Shown piece after piece: positions 8,263-17,751 of a stretch of 32,753 bases of DNA. The stretch comes from Verrucomicrobiota bacterium (GTDB lineage: Bacteria; Verrucomicrobiota; Verrucomicrobiia; Limisphaerales; CANJSG01), in contig JBBQXJ010000054.1 in NCBI GenBank assembly GCA_038209745.1, positions 1-32,753 on the forward strand, read 5' to 3'. Within the stretch, counting starts at the first letter, position 1, and the number at the start of each line of letters is the position of its first letter. The notes below the pieces were generated by a model. That model did no database searches and was not told where the DNA came from. It saw only the letters and a program-made list of their open reading frames with translations. A program made the position numbers and the translations under genes.

Positions 8263-9213
8263 TCAGCCGAGCGCCGCCATCTGCTGTCGGCCGTCCATCA
8301 TGTAGTCGAGGTAGCCTTCCAGACGTTCCTTCATCTCCAGACGGGGAACGATGGCGTCGATCAAGCCGCGATCCTTGAGGAACTCGGCGGTCTGGAAGCC
8401 GGGCGGCAATTCCGCCTGGGTCGTGTCCTTGATGACGCGCGCGCCGGCGAAACCGATCTCGGCGCCGGGCTCGGCGATGACCAGATCGCCCACGGTGGCG
8501 AAGCTGGCGATGACTCCCGCATAGGTCGGATGGGTCAGCACGCTGATGTAGGGGAGCCTGTTGCGGGCGTGATAGGCCAGCGCCCCACACGTCTTGGCCA
8601 TCTGCATGAGGCTGAACATGCCCTCATACATGCGGGCACCGCCGCTGGCACAGACGATGATCACCGGCAATCCACGGTCCGTGCCCGTCTCGATCAGGCG
8701 CGTCAGCTTCTCGCCGACCACGGATCCCATCGAACCGCCGAGAAAGGCGAAATCCATCACCCCGAGCGCCACTTTATGCGTCCCCATCCTGCCGACACCG
8801 GTGATGACCGCATCCTTCAGCATCGGGTTCTTTTTGCGGCTGGCGGCCAGCTTTGCCTCGTAGGAGACGGCGCCGGTGAATTTGAGGATGTCCACGCTCT
8901 CCATCAACGGGTCCATCTCCTCGAAGGAACAGGTCTCGACGAGGGAATGGATCCGTTCGTGCGAGCCGATCGGGAAGTGGTAGCCGCACTCCGGGCAGAC
9001 CTTGAGATTCTCGTCCAACTCCTTGTCGTAGATCATCCCGGAGCACTGCTTGCACTTGGTCCAGAGACCCTCGGGGATGTCCTTCCGGCGGCTCTTGGCC
9101 CCGCCGATCTTGGGCTTCTTGAGGAAGGTGGTGGCGTTCGCCGGCGGCGGCGTGACCGCCGGTTCGACGGTCTCAACACCGGGAACTTTCTTGTTAAAAA
9201 ATGTCGTGGCCAT
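8263..9213 (-). CDS. accD: Acetyl-CoA carboxylase carboxyltransferase beta subunit
   Basis: LWTKC..C...VCPEC zinc finger, FLGGSMGSVVGEK, SGGARM, FAGARVI and GFQTAEFL motifs. Confidence 0.97.
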   Translation of the reverse strand: MATTFFNKKVPGVETVEPAVTPPPANATTFLKKPKIGGAKSRRKDIPEGLWTKCKQCSGMIYDKELDENLKVCPECGYHFPIGSHERIHSLVETCSFEEMDPLMESVDILKFTGAVSYEAKLAASRKKNPMLKDAVITGVGRMGTHKVALGVMDFAFLGGSMGSVVGEKLTRLIETGTDRGLPVIIVCASGGARMYEGMFSLMQMAKTCGALAYHARNRLPYISVLTHPTYAGVIASFATVGDLVIAEPGAEIGFAGARVIKDTTQAELPPGFQTAEFLKDRGLIDAIVPRLEMKERLEGYLDYMMDGRQQMAALG

Positions 9214-9272
9214 GGTTGGAGGACGAAAGCTTCCTGCCGGCGCGAAGCGCCAGACCCGAAAGCGTGCCTAAG

Positions 9273-9300
9273 ACGATAAGGGAGGCCGCCGTCTTGGCAA
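9273..9300 (-). promoter_or_regulatory. Possible sigma-70 promoter for accD
   Basis: Minus strand TTGCCA-N16-TATCGT about 60 bp upstream of the accD start. Confidence 0.3.
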
Positions 9301-9372
9301 CGACGGAGAAAGGGGGGGCCAATCGGTCCTTGACGCAGATTTCGCTCCGCGAGGAAGGCAGGGATACTGGTT

Positions 9373-9795
9373 TCACCTCTCGTAGAAATACACGCCCTGC
9401 CGCAATTCCTTGGCACCATCAGGACTGACATAGTTTGAATCTCCGATCTCGAAACCTTTGGCTCCGAGAAACCCGCTTCCCCAAACGACCCCAACCCAAC
9501 CATTCGAGTTCATACCGTCCGGTGGAAACACAAAAACTTGGGGACCGAATCTTGGTGCCAGAGCCAGCAATTCGGGAGGAACATTGGTCTTCGATTGCGA
9601 GATCCGAAAACTTGTTCCGGCCGGATATTTCGCGACCAGGTTGGTCGCCCACGCTTGGAGATTGACGGCGCTCGCGGCCTTCTTTGCCCGGTTGTCGAAA
9701 AAGTGGTCAAACTCCCAAACAGGCCCAAAAGAATAGACCAGAAAACCCAATGCAATGAAGCCGACCGCAAGAACGGCAAACAGGACATTCTTCAT
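9373..9795 (-). CDS. Hypothetical protein with N-terminal signal/TM helix
   Basis: MKNVLFAVLAVGFIALGFLVY start; visibly lower GC than its neighbours; fills the comF-accD gap in the same orientation. Confidence 0.7.
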   Translation of the reverse strand: MKNVLFAVLAVGFIALGFLVYSFGPVWEFDHFFDNRAKKAASAVNLQAWATNLVAKYPAGTSFRISQSKTNVPPELLALAPRFGPQVFVFPPDGMNSNGWVGVVWGSGFLGAKGFEIGDSNYVSPDGAKELRQGVYFYER

Positions 9796-9851
9796 TTGGT
9801 TCGTATGTGAGTTAGGTTGGGCAATTTCCAACAAGTGGGTTCAGAGACCAT

Positions 9852-10628
9852 TCAAATCCCCCTCGCCAGCGTCCAGACCATCACTTCGGCCGCTCCCGCC
9901 TTCTTCAGGACCGCCGCACAGGCGCTGGTCGTCGCCCCGGTGGTCAGCACGTCGTCGATCACGACAAACCGTTTTCCCCGCAGATCCGGTTTGCCCACCA
10001 GCGCGAAGGCGCGGCGCATGTTGGTGGCCCGCTTCTCCCGTGAGAGCCGCGTCTGCGTGTCGGTGAAACGGGTGCGGCAGACCAAGCCGGCTTCGACCGG
10101 AATGGCACAGGCCAGAGCCAGTTGCCGGGCCAGTCGCTCGGCCTGGTTGAATTCCCGTTCGCGTTGGCGGGTGGGATGCAGCGGCACGGGCACGAGCGCG
10201 TCCCACCGTTCCTTGGCCAGCTCCGGCGCGGCCTCCCGGCGGAACAGGTCGGCGAGGAACGGTTCGTAGAAGAGATTGCCGTCGTATTTGTAGCCATGGA
10301 TCACCCGCAGCAGAGCCGGAGTGGCCACCACGGCGGACCGCGCATGGCTGAAGGCCAGGTCCAGATCCCGGCAGTTCGAACACTCGAAGGCCGCCGTGAT
10401 CTCCCCGGCAAACGGCAGCCCGCATCGCTCGCAGAACGGAGGCCGGATGAAGCGCACGCCGCCCTCCCGCTTCCAGCAGGCGGCACAGACATAGCCCTCG
10501 CCCCGCGTGGCGCGGCGCTCACGGCAGAGCTGGCACAGATCGGGGAACAGCAGCCCGGCGGCGGCCTCGATCCACGGTGTCGGAAACCTCACGCCTCCGG
10601 TTGTCTCCGCTGCCGCCGATTCCGCCAA
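9852..10628 (-). CDS. comF: ComF family protein (double zinc ribbon + phosphoribosyltransferase-like)
   Basis: CxxC pairs, VPVPLH..R..EREFNQAE and VIDDVLTTGAT motifs; exact start uncertain. Confidence 0.92.
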   Translation of the reverse strand: MAESAAAETTGGVRFPTPWIEAAAGLLFPDLCQLCRERRATRGEGYVCAACWKREGGVRFIRPPFCERCGLPFAGEITAAFECSNCRDLDLAFSHARSAVVATPALLRVIHGYKYDGNLFYEPFLADLFRREAAPELAKERWDALVPVPLHPTRQREREFNQAERLARQLALACAIPVEAGLVCRTRFTDTQTRLSREKRATNMRRAFALVGKPDLRGKRFVVIDDVLTTGATTSACAAVLKKAGAAEVMVWTLARGI

Positions 10629-10701
10629 GTCCGAAGCGCTCGTTTCCGCCTATTGCCAACCATTGCGTTTGGGCCCCAGATTGGGCCGGAGATAGGATCT
10701 T

Positions 10702-11568
10702 ATGACTTTTGATGCCGCCAGCCTTTCCGCGAGCAGTGGAGCCCCACAGCGATTCGGGCCGTATTATTTGCAGGAATTGATCAACACCGGCGGGCTGGCG
10801 GAGATCTGGGTCGCCACCGCCAGCGACGACCGGACGTTCGCCATCCGGCGGCTGCTCGAGCCGTTCCAGACCGGCTTCTCCAATCGCGCCGCCCGCCAGC
10901 GTTTTGAGAGCGGCTGCGAGGTCCACAAGGCCGTCCACCACCACGAGCTGATCATCGGCTACCACGACCACGGCAAGATCGACGGCGCGCCGTATTGCCT
11001 GATGGAGTTCGTCGAGTCCTCCAATCTCAAGCTGCTGCTCGCGCGCCAGGATCCCGTCCTCGGCGAATTCGTCGGAAACATCCTCATCGACATGGCCATC
11101 GCCCTCGAGCACATGCACGACTGCGGCTACCTGCACCTGGACTTCAAGCCGGAGAACGTCCTCGTCTCCCGCAACGGCAACGTGAAGCTGTGCGACTTCG
11201 ACCTGTCGCAGCCCAAGCCCGACAAGCCGAAGAAATCCTCCGGCATCTCCGGCACCCCGCTCTACATGGCGCCGGAACAGTTGCGCGGGGACGCCTTTGA
11301 TCACCGCGCGGACATCTTTGCTTTCGGCGTCTCGGCCTACGAGGTGTTGACCGGCGAGAAGCCGTTCCCCGGCGAATCGCCAGAAGACATCCAATCCGCC
11401 CACGCCTCCGGGCTCCTCGATCCGATCCGCGAATTGAACCCGGACGTCCCCAAAAAACTGGAGGCGATCATCCACAAGTGCCTCTCCATCGAGCCCGACG
11501 ACCGCTATCCCTACATGAGCGTGGTGGTGCGGGATCTCCAGACGGAGCTGTATGTGGACAGCCCGTAA
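10702..11568 (+). CDS. Stand-alone Hanks-type Ser/Thr kinase-like protein with atypical motifs
   Basis: LHLDFKPENVLV, KLCDFDLS, GTPLYMAPEQ and DIFAFGV motifs; no TM or sensor domain. Confidence 0.92.
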   Translation: MTFDAASLSASSGAPQRFGPYYLQELINTGGLAEIWVATASDDRTFAIRRLLEPFQTGFSNRAARQRFESGCEVHKAVHHHELIIGYHDHGKIDGAPYCLMEFVESSNLKLLLARQDPVLGEFVGNILIDMAIALEHMHDCGYLHLDFKPENVLVSRNGNVKLCDFDLSQPKPDKPKKSSGISGTPLYMAPEQLRGDAFDHRADIFAFGVSAYEVLTGEKPFPGESPEDIQSAHASGLLDPIRELNPDVPKKLEAIIHKCLSIEPDDRYPYMSVVVRDLQTELYVDSP

Positions 11569-11593
11569 TGGAAGCCAGAACGAAGACCTTTCC

Positions 11594-11652
11594 TTCGACG
11601 TTCCGAGTTGAGCGTTGGAAGTTCGATGCTCCGAACCTCGGACGCTGAACGC
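11594..11652. repeat. Degenerate 7-bp periodic repeat (NNNNGTT)n with inverted copies, between convergent genes
   Basis: TTCGACGTT CCGAGTT GAGCGTT GGAAGTT followed by inverted AACCTCG GACGCTG AACGCCC. Confidence 0.65.
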
Positions 11653-11662
11653 CCAAGACCGC

Positions 11663-12889
11663 CTACTCCGACCGCAGCGCATCCACCGGCGCCATGTGCG
11701 CCGCTCGCCACGCCGGCATGAAGCCGGAGATGATCCCCGTCACCATCGCCACACCCAGCGCCAACGCGATGATGCCCGGAGACAATGCCGCCGGCAGCGC
11801 CATGGCCACGAGCAGCGTCATCGGCGCGCAGATGACCAGCGCGATCACGCCGCCCATCAGGCAGAGCAGCACCGACTCGATCAGGAACTGGATCAGGATC
11901 GTGCGGCGCTTCGCTCCGAGCGCGCGGCGAACGCCGATCTCCCGCGTCCGTTCCGTCACGGACACGAACATGATGTTCATGATCCCGATGCCGCCGACGA
12001 AGAGGGACAGTCCGGTGATGAAAAGCCCCACCGCCGCCACCGTTCCTCCGACCTTGTTGAAGTTCTGGATGAAGGCGTCCTGCTGGTTGATCGCGAAGTC
12101 GTTCTTCCCGCCGGGCGGAATCCGCCGAACCTTGCGCATGATCCCCTCCAGTTCCTCCTTCGCGTCGTCGAGCTGCGCCAGGCTCGCCACCTTGACGTCG
12201 AGCCGCACGTCGGGCCGAGACACCATCTGACCGGCCATGGCCGTGACCGGGATGAAGACCACGTCGTCCAGGCTGAAGAGCCCGAGGAACCGCCCTCGCT
12301 TGGCGACCGTTCCGACCACCTCGAAGGTCATGTCGCCCACTCTCAGCCTTTTACCAACGGGCGTGTCTCGCGGAAACATGCGTTCCGCCACGTCGTTTCC
12401 GACCACGCAGATCGGACGCGCCCCCGCCACGTCGGCCGCCGACAGAAAACGGCCTTCGGACATGTCCATGCCGCCGGTGATCAACGACTGGTCCGTGGTG
12501 CCGATGATCGTCACCATGCCGCCGCTGCGACGCTCGAAGACGATGTTCTCCCGTGCCATGATCGTCGGCGCGATCGCCTTCGCGAGCGTGGCCTGCCGCT
12601 CCACCTCCCGCGCCTGGGCGAGCGTGATCTCGGGCCGGTTGCGCGATTTCCGCCACTCCCCCTCGCCCATGAACCAGCCGAAGCGCTCCACGTAGACCAC
12701 GTCGGTCCCGAGGATCGACATGCTCCGGAGAAAGGCGGCGTTCAGCCCGTTGATCGCCGTCGCCATCATCGTCACGGTCACGATGCCGATGACCACGCCG
12801 AGAGTGGTCAACACCGACCGCATCTGGTTCGCCTTTATCGCGGACCAGGAAATCCTCAGACCTTCCAGGATCTCGTTCCAGAAGCTCAT
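11663..12889 (-). CDS. MacB/FtsX-family ABC transporter permease
   Basis: [13 protein letters not shown] and [31 protein letters not shown] motifs; PVDALRSE C-terminus. Confidence 0.96.
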   Translation of the reverse strand: MSFWNEILEGLRISWSAIKANQMRSVLTTLGVVIGIVTVTMMATAINGLNAAFLRSMSILGTDVVYVERFGWFMGEGEWRKSRNRPEITLAQAREVERQATLAKAIAPTIMARENIVFERRSGGMVTIIGTTDQSLITGGMDMSEGRFLSAADVAGARPICVVGNDVAERMFPRDTPVGKRLRVGDMTFEVVGTVAKRGRFLGLFSLDDVVFIPVTAMAGQMVSRPDVRLDVKVASLAQLDDAKEELEGIMRKVRRIPPGGKNDFAINQQDAFIQNFNKVGGTVAAVGLFITGLSLFVGGIGIMNIMFVSVTERTREIGVRRALGAKRRTILIQFLIESVLLCLMGGVIALVICAPMTLLVAMALPAALSPGIIALALGVAMVTGIISGFMPAWRAAHMAPVDALRSE

Positions 12890-13605
12890 GCTGGCAGCGG
12901 CGGCGGGCCGGGCGTCACGGGTTTCTCCAGCCGCTCGTCGGCTGCGATCAGCCCGTCGCGAATGCGGAGAATACGGCGAGCATGCCGGGCGATCTCCTCC
13001 TCGTGCGTGACGAGGATGATCGTGTTGCCCTGGCGCGCCAGTTCCTCGAAAAGCGCGAGGATCTCCACGCCCGTCTTGGAGTCCAGGTTCCCCGTGGGCT
13101 CGTCCGCCAGCAGGATGGACGGGTTGTTCACCAGGGCCCGCGCGACCGCGACACGCTGGCGCTGGCCGCCGGAAAGTTCGTTGGGCTTGTGGTGGATGCG
13201 GTCGGCCAAGCCGACGTTTGCCAAGGCCACCAGAGCGCGCTCGCGCCGTTCCGCCGGAGGGACGCCGCCATAGATCATCGGCAGTTCGACGTTGTGCAGG
13301 GCGGACGAGCGGGCCAGAAGGTTGAAGCTCTGGAAAACAAAGCCGATCTCGCGGTTGCGGATCTCCGCCAGCGCGTTGTCGTCCATGTCGTCCACATTGT
13401 TTCCGTTCAGCGTGAACCGGCCGGACGTCGGGGTGTCGAGGCAGCCGAGCAGGTTCATCAGCGTGGATTTACCGGAGCCGGACGGGCCCATGATCGCCAC
13501 GTATTCCCCGCGCTCCAGATCGAGGGTCACATCGCGCAGGGCATGGATCGTCTCCGTGCCCATCTGGTAGCTGCGGGTGATGTTCTGGAGGGTGATGAGG
13601 CTCAC
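12886..13605 (-). CDS. ABC transporter ATP-binding protein (MacB/LolD-like)
   Basis: [28 protein letters not shown] and VTHE motifs. Confidence 0.97.
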   Translation of the reverse strand: MSLITLQNITRSYQMGTETIHALRDVTLDLERGEYVAIMGPSGSGKSTLMNLLGCLDTPTSGRFTLNGNNVDDMDDNALAEIRNREIGFVFQSFNLLARSSALHNVELPMIYGGVPPAERRERALVALANVGLADRIHHKPNELSGGQRQRVAVARALVNNPSILLADEPTGNLDSKTGVEILALFEELARQGNTIILVTHEEEIARHARRILRIRDGLIAADERLEKPVTPGPPPLPA

Positions 13606-14912
13606 GGGCGGGTCGTGCCGTTCACGGGTTTAGGATCCTCGACCTTGATCTTTTTTTCGTCTTCCAGCTCGCGGTTGATCGCCTTGAAACTGCCGGAAAC
13701 GACAGACTGTCCCTCGGTCACGCCTTCGGTGATCTCGGTATAGTTGTCGTCGCTGATGCCGCGCTTCACCGGTCGCATCTTGGCGACGCTGTTCTCGTCG
13801 ATGAAGACCACTTCGATCGGCTTGCGGGAGGGATCGTTCTTCCGCTTCTCCTCCAGCTCCTTCTCGCGGGGATCCTGAGGCTCCATCGCGGCCAGCGGGT
13901 TCTTCTTCGGTTCTTCCATGCCTTTGGGCAGGCGGGTCGTGACGCTCTGGATCGGCACCGTCAGGACGTTCGTCCGGTAGCGGGTCTCGATCAGCGCGGT
14001 CACGGACATTCCGGGCCGCAACTGGTCCTCCTTGTCCTTGATCAGGATCTTCACCTCGAACCGGATCGCCTCCTGGGAAGACGCCATTCCCGCGCTCTTG
14101 GCCGCGTTGGCGATTTCATAGACTTCGCCGGTGAACTTGCGGCCACGGAAGGCGTCCACCTCCAGCTTGGCTGTTTGGCCTTTTCCAATGAGAACGACGT
14201 CCATCTCGCCGATGTCCACCCGCGCCTCCATCGCGTTCAAGTCCGCGATGGTCATGATCTCCGTGCCGGCCATCATCGCGGTGCCGACGACGCGTTCACC
14301 CTTCTGGGATTTCAGCTTGGTCACCGTGCCCCCGATCGGCGCGACGATCGACGTCTTCAGCAGGTCCTCCTCGGCCCGGGTCACGGAGGCCCGCGCCATT
14401 TCGGTCTGTTGCAGCGCGGCGAGGAGCTGGCTCGACGCGACCTCGAACGACGTCTGGTAGTCCTGGAAGACGGAGTCGGAAACCAGCTTCTGGTCGTGGA
14501 GCTCACGGTTGCGGTCCATCTCCGCCTTGGCCTTGTCCAGGTTCGCCCGCGCGACGGCGATGGACGCCTCGGACGACTTGAGGCTGGCGACGGAGGAATT
14601 GCGGCTGGCCACGTAGTTGTCCGGACGGATCTTGAGCAGAAGCTCGCCCTTCTTCACCAATTGGCCCTCGATCACCGGCAGATCGATGATCTCGCCGCTG
14701 ACCTCGGGATTGATCACCACTTGCAGGACCGGCTGCACCTTGCCCGTGGCGACGACGATCTCGGTCAGGCTGCGGCGGCCCACCTTCTCGGCCTGGACGG
14801 CCAGCGCCATATCCCGTGATTTGACATAGCGGAATGCGCCGTAGCCCGCGCCGCCAAGCACGAGAACCACCAGCACGATAAGCCAACTGTAGGAACGTTT
14901 CGACTTGGCCAT
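13602..14912 (-). CDS. Efflux periplasmic adaptor subunit (MacA/HlyD family)
   Basis: N-terminal TM, lipoyl-like halves ([30 protein letters not shown]), helical hairpin and LRPGMSV. Confidence 0.95.
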   Translation of the reverse strand: MAKSKRSYSWLIVLVVLVLGGAGYGAFRYVKSRDMALAVQAEKVGRRSLTEIVVATGKVQPVLQVVINPEVSGEIIDLPVIEGQLVKKGELLLKIRPDNYVASRNSSVASLKSSEASIAVARANLDKAKAEMDRNRELHDQKLVSDSVFQDYQTSFEVASSQLLAALQQTEMARASVTRAEEDLLKTSIVAPIGGTVTKLKSQKGERVVGTAMMAGTEIMTIADLNAMEARVDIGEMDVVLIGKGQTAKLEVDAFRGRKFTGEVYEIANAAKSAGMASSQEAIRFEVKILIKDKEDQLRPGMSVTALIETRYRTNVLTVPIQSVTTRLPKGMEEPKKNPLAAMEPQDPREKELEEKRKNDPSRKPIEVVFIDENSVAKMRPVKRGISDDNYTEITEGVTEGQSVVSGSFKAINRELEDEKKIKVEDPKPVNGTTRP

Positions 14913-15147
14913 GAAAGGGGACGTTCACGGTTCAAGGCAAACGTGCCAACTCCAAAAAGCCCGGTCCTTTCGAAAGACCCGCTCCCACCGTCGCACGCCG
15001 CCCTCCCCACGGAACGGAGCCGTCGCCACGAACGACACCACTGCGGATGTCGCCGCCGAAAATGGGAAAACCGGGTGTGGACGGTGATCGCCTTCGTCCG
15101 GTTCTTCTCCGCTAGGAAGCGAATGGTATCCACCCCCGATTCAATGG

Positions 15148-15249
15148 CCGCCACAGTCCCCGCACCGGGTGCTTGCGGTTGTCGCGAGCCATGGAGTAGG
15201 AATGCCTCTGTCGTGGGTTGGTGCCACTGGACGTTGCCACGCGTTTCAC
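15148..15249 (-). pseudogene. N-terminal 34-codon remnant of a tyrosine integrase related to 25270-26454
   Basis: VKRVATSSGTNPRQRHSYSMARDNRKHPVRGLWR versus VKRTETSGDTNSRRRHSYSKVLDNRKHPVRGLWR; homology ends abruptly and a stop follows at 15112-15114. Confidence 0.9.
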
Positions 15250-15329
15250 AAGGAAACGCTGTAGAAAAATGGGAAGCACCAACAACGGAGGACTGAAGAC
15301 GGCTATGTAAGTCCTTAGCGATCAGGGTT

Positions 15330-15368
15330 GCGCGAGTGGCGAAATGGCAGACGCGCCAGACTTAGGAT
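15330..15368 (+). repeat. attL: orphan 5' half of tRNA-Leu, a 39-bp perfect direct repeat of 26535-26573
   Basis: GCGCGAGTGGCGAAATGGCAGACGCGCCAGACTTAGGAT is identical in both places; identity stops 1 nt after the anticodon loop. Confidence 0.95.
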
Positions 15369-15491
15369 TCCATTTTTCGCGATTTCAAGAGGCTTCCATC
15401 CGTTGCTGAGACTTCAAGAGAATGCCCGTTTTTATTGGTCAAAATCAACTTCAAGCCCAGCCGTCGGCCCTTCCGGTGTTCGATGGCAAAG

Positions 15492-15511
15492 TGTAGCAAA
15501 AAGTGTAGCAC
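15492..15511 (+). promoter_or_regulatory. Putative integrase arm-type binding site, left end (tandem TGTAGCA)
   Basis: TGTAGCAAAAAGTGTAGCAC, identical to 26465-26484; 12-bp internal period. Confidence 0.75.
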
Positions 15512-15670
15512 GGACTGACGCGGGTTCTCGCTCCCTCTTCAGCCCGCCAGTGATGCCTTCCGGCGGACCCGCGCGCTCACGCGCTCTCCATGTAGGGACA
15601 AATCGGAGCAGGAACCGGCTGCGCGCCCCTGTGGCACCCGCGCTTCACACTTGAAACGTCGCACCAACAA

Positions 15671-16234
15671 TCAAACTGTCGCGCCGCTGCCAGTGGGGCT
15701 GAATTCTCCAGTCGCCTCCTTGTGACAAGGAAAAGGGCCGATGCTTGCGCGTTCGGTCCACCACTTCTTGGCCTTTGGAGCTTCTTCGCCTCGCTTCGCC
15801 GCATTTTTGTTCCGAAGCCCCAAAAGCCGGGCCTCGATCTCAGCCAGATGATTCAGGGCAGCCGCTTGCGAGCGGATCGTGTCGGGCGAAGGGCTCTCTT
15901 CTGAATTGATTCGCCGTTCAAGACTCGCTCGGATTAGGTCCACGAACCGAGCCGTCTCGCGGAAATGCAGCTCCTGTCGGTCCTTCAGCCATCGCTCTGA
16001 AATCGCTCCGCCTTCAACTGCGGGCGGCATCTGAGGAACCGGTGGCGGTCCAGGCAGCAGCCGCTCCAGCTCACGCTTGGCGTATTCTTGACGAAGCCTG
16101 CTCCAACTCTCAGTTCCGGCACGGCGCTCGACGGTTCCTCGATTGATCCCGTGACGGAGAGCGAGAGCGCAAAGGCTGCCTTTCCCGGTTACATAGTCAG
16201 ATCGGCACAAGGCCCACTTTTCCAGCGGTATCAT
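15671..16234 (-). CDS. HTH protein resembling phage terminase small subunit N-termini
   Basis: W...R.DYVTGKGSL..LA.RHGI...TV.RR...E.W pattern followed by helical segments; start set at ATG 16234. Confidence 0.55.
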   Translation of the reverse strand: MIPLEKWALCRSDYVTGKGSLCALALRHGINRGTVERRAGTESWSRLRQEYAKRELERLLPGPPPVPQMPPAVEGGAISERWLKDRQELHFRETARFVDLIRASLERRINSEESPSPDTIRSQAAALNHLAEIEARLLGLRNKNAAKRGEEAPKAKKWWTERASIGPFPCHKEATGEFSPTGSGATV

Positions 16235-16247
16235 ACAACAATAATGC

Positions 16248-16611
16248 CGCATCGATGCGACAAGCCAAACCAACACTCGTCTTCAGGGATGAATCGGGTT
16301 GCTCGCTCCCTATCCAATACGGTTCCAGCTCTCTATTCGTTCGGTCCCGTCTCGACCGAATCGGATGCGACACCGGTGTCGCCCGAGGCCGTTCCGGTTC
16401 CAGCTCTGTAGCCTTCTGGACAGGCCCTGCTCGAACTCCGTTCCGTTCCGGTTCCGAGCTGGTCCCGTCCAGTTCATTCCTGTTCCCATTCTGTGTCTGT
16501 CTCGGGTTCAAGGCAGGGTAAACCACAGCGCCACACTCACGGCTCGGCGGCTTTCACTTGTCGGGCCGGTTGTTGCCCGATGGGCGGCAGCTCTCAAGAG
16601 CGCCGCTTTTT
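16248..16611. other. Palindrome- and repeat-rich non-coding region, candidate replication origin
   Basis: Palindromes CGCATCGATGCG (16248-16259) and GCGACACCGGTGTCGC (16367-16382). Direct repeats CGGTTCCAGCTCT (16320, 16395) and CCGTTCCGGTTCC (16389, 16443). Hairpin plus T-run at 16584-16611. Adjacent to rep. Confidence 0.45.
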
Positions 16612-17109
16612 CGCAAGTGCCGAAAGGGCGTCTCTCCTCATGCGGTCCTGTTTGCGGATCACCATCCGCACGGACCGAGAGAGCGTCACCTGATCCACCG
16701 CGCCGTTGCGTTCCAGCGCATCTACGTCGTCCCGAATGGCGAACTTCGTGATGTAGGCGACTCCTTTCAGCAAGTCGCACACCGGTTGGATCTCTGCGGA
16801 ACCCTTGGTCTGGAGCTTCCATTCACCGTCAAGACGCAGGCAAAGGCTACGGGGGTCGGGAGCCTTGATGCCGCCGACCAAGTAATGGAAGTGCAAGCGA
16901 CCTCCTAAATCGCCGTATTCGCTGCGTAACGCGATCAAGAGACTGGAGTATGGCTGCCCTGTGATTTCGGCGATGCTCCGAAGATGCTGCCAAACCTGCC
17001 GATAGGAATGATTCGGACGGGGATTGGCCCCTTTGAAGGTCACGGCTCCATTGATGTCCCACCGGATTCGCTGCAACGCATACGCCTCCCCTGTAAAGGT
17101 CAGTTTCAC
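16594..17109 (-). CDS. Small HUH-superfamily rolling-circle replication initiator (Rep)
   Basis: Motif I-like AVTF, motif II EYGDLGGRLHFHYLV and motif III GVAYITK, in Rep order. GTG start at 17109 overlaps the upstream TGA (GTGA). Confidence 0.8.
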   Translation of the reverse strand: MKLTFTGEAYALQRIRWDINGAVTFKGANPRPNHSYRQVWQHLRSIAEITGQPYSSLLIALRSEYGDLGGRLHFHYLVGGIKAPDPRSLCLRLDGEWKLQTKGSAEIQPVCDLLKGVAYITKFAIRDDVDALERNGAVDQVTLSRSVRMVIRKQDRMRRDALSALAKKRRS

Positions 17110-17411
17110 GTTCCTTGCCCTCCGGCTCCGGGCGCTAAGGGCACCTTCACAATCTTCCCCCGGAGAATCGGCAATTCCCCTCCCATCAGGATGCCCGTCA
17201 CGGCGATGATGACAGTTTTGTCCTTCAGGGTTCCCCAACGTGCGTGAGCGTCTTCCTCGTCCAGCAACAGTTTGCAGACTCCTTGGATGGCGTGCTCTGC
17301 GGGTCGGCTCATGTCGGCCACCAAGAGCGAAGATTCCTTCCTTGCGGGCTGCGTCCTGCTGCGCGGCCAGTGGTGGAACTCCTCCACCATTACATGGAAA
17401 GCGCCGGTCAT
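17106..17411 (-). CDS. Small hypothetical protein (101 aa), possibly ssDNA-binding
   Basis: Translationally coupled on both sides (ATGA and GTGA overlaps); beta-strand-like pattern; function guessed from position only. Confidence 0.7.
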   Translation of the reverse strand: MTGAFHVMVEEFHHWPRSRTQPARKESSLLVADMSRPAEHAIQGVCKLLLDEEDAHARWGTLKDKTVIIAVTGILMGGELPILRGKIVKVPLAPGAGGQGT

Positions 17412-17698
17412 CGCTGCTCCTCCTCCGCCGCGCCCCTGGCTCTGCGTTCCTGAGTCGATTTCAGCGCCGCGCCGGCTGGTTCCTTCGCCAGCTCACCACG
17501 CAATGCTCGCGCGTCGAACTCCGCCAGCGAGCGCATATCGACAAAACAGCGCCCGGCGATGTTTACCAGGCGGATGTCGCCACGTTTTCCCATCCGCCAA
17601 AGCGTCGTGTCGGAGATGCCTCGATCTCGGCAAACAGCCGACGCGGTGCGGAGTTTGGTTTGTGGATGAGCAGAGAGACGCTCTTCTACGGGTTTCAT
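17408..17698 (-). CDS. Excisionase/AlpA-like winged-HTH DNA-binding protein
   Basis: LRTASAVCRDRGISDTTLWRMGKRGDIRLVNIAGRCFVD pattern. Confidence 0.8.
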   Translation of the reverse strand: MKPVEERLSAHPQTKLRTASAVCRDRGISDTTLWRMGKRGDIRLVNIAGRCFVDMRSLAEFDARALRGELAKEPAGAALKSTQERRARGAAEEEQR

Positions 17699-17728
17699 TT
17701 GGTGACATCCTACGACGGCACACAATTC

Positions 17729-17750
17729 CGTTCAGCGGAGCCGCTGAACG
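17729..17750. promoter_or_regulatory. Perfect 10-bp inverted repeat upstream of the xis-orf-rep unit (candidate operator)
   Basis: CGTTCAGCGG-AG-CCGCTGAACG in a 53-bp intergenic gap. Confidence 0.55.
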
Positions 17751-17751
17751 A

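Noticed and set aside
14930..14950. Sigma-54 promoter upstream of the efflux adaptor (TGGCACG on the minus strand)
   Set aside because: The -12 GC is not at the required spacing.
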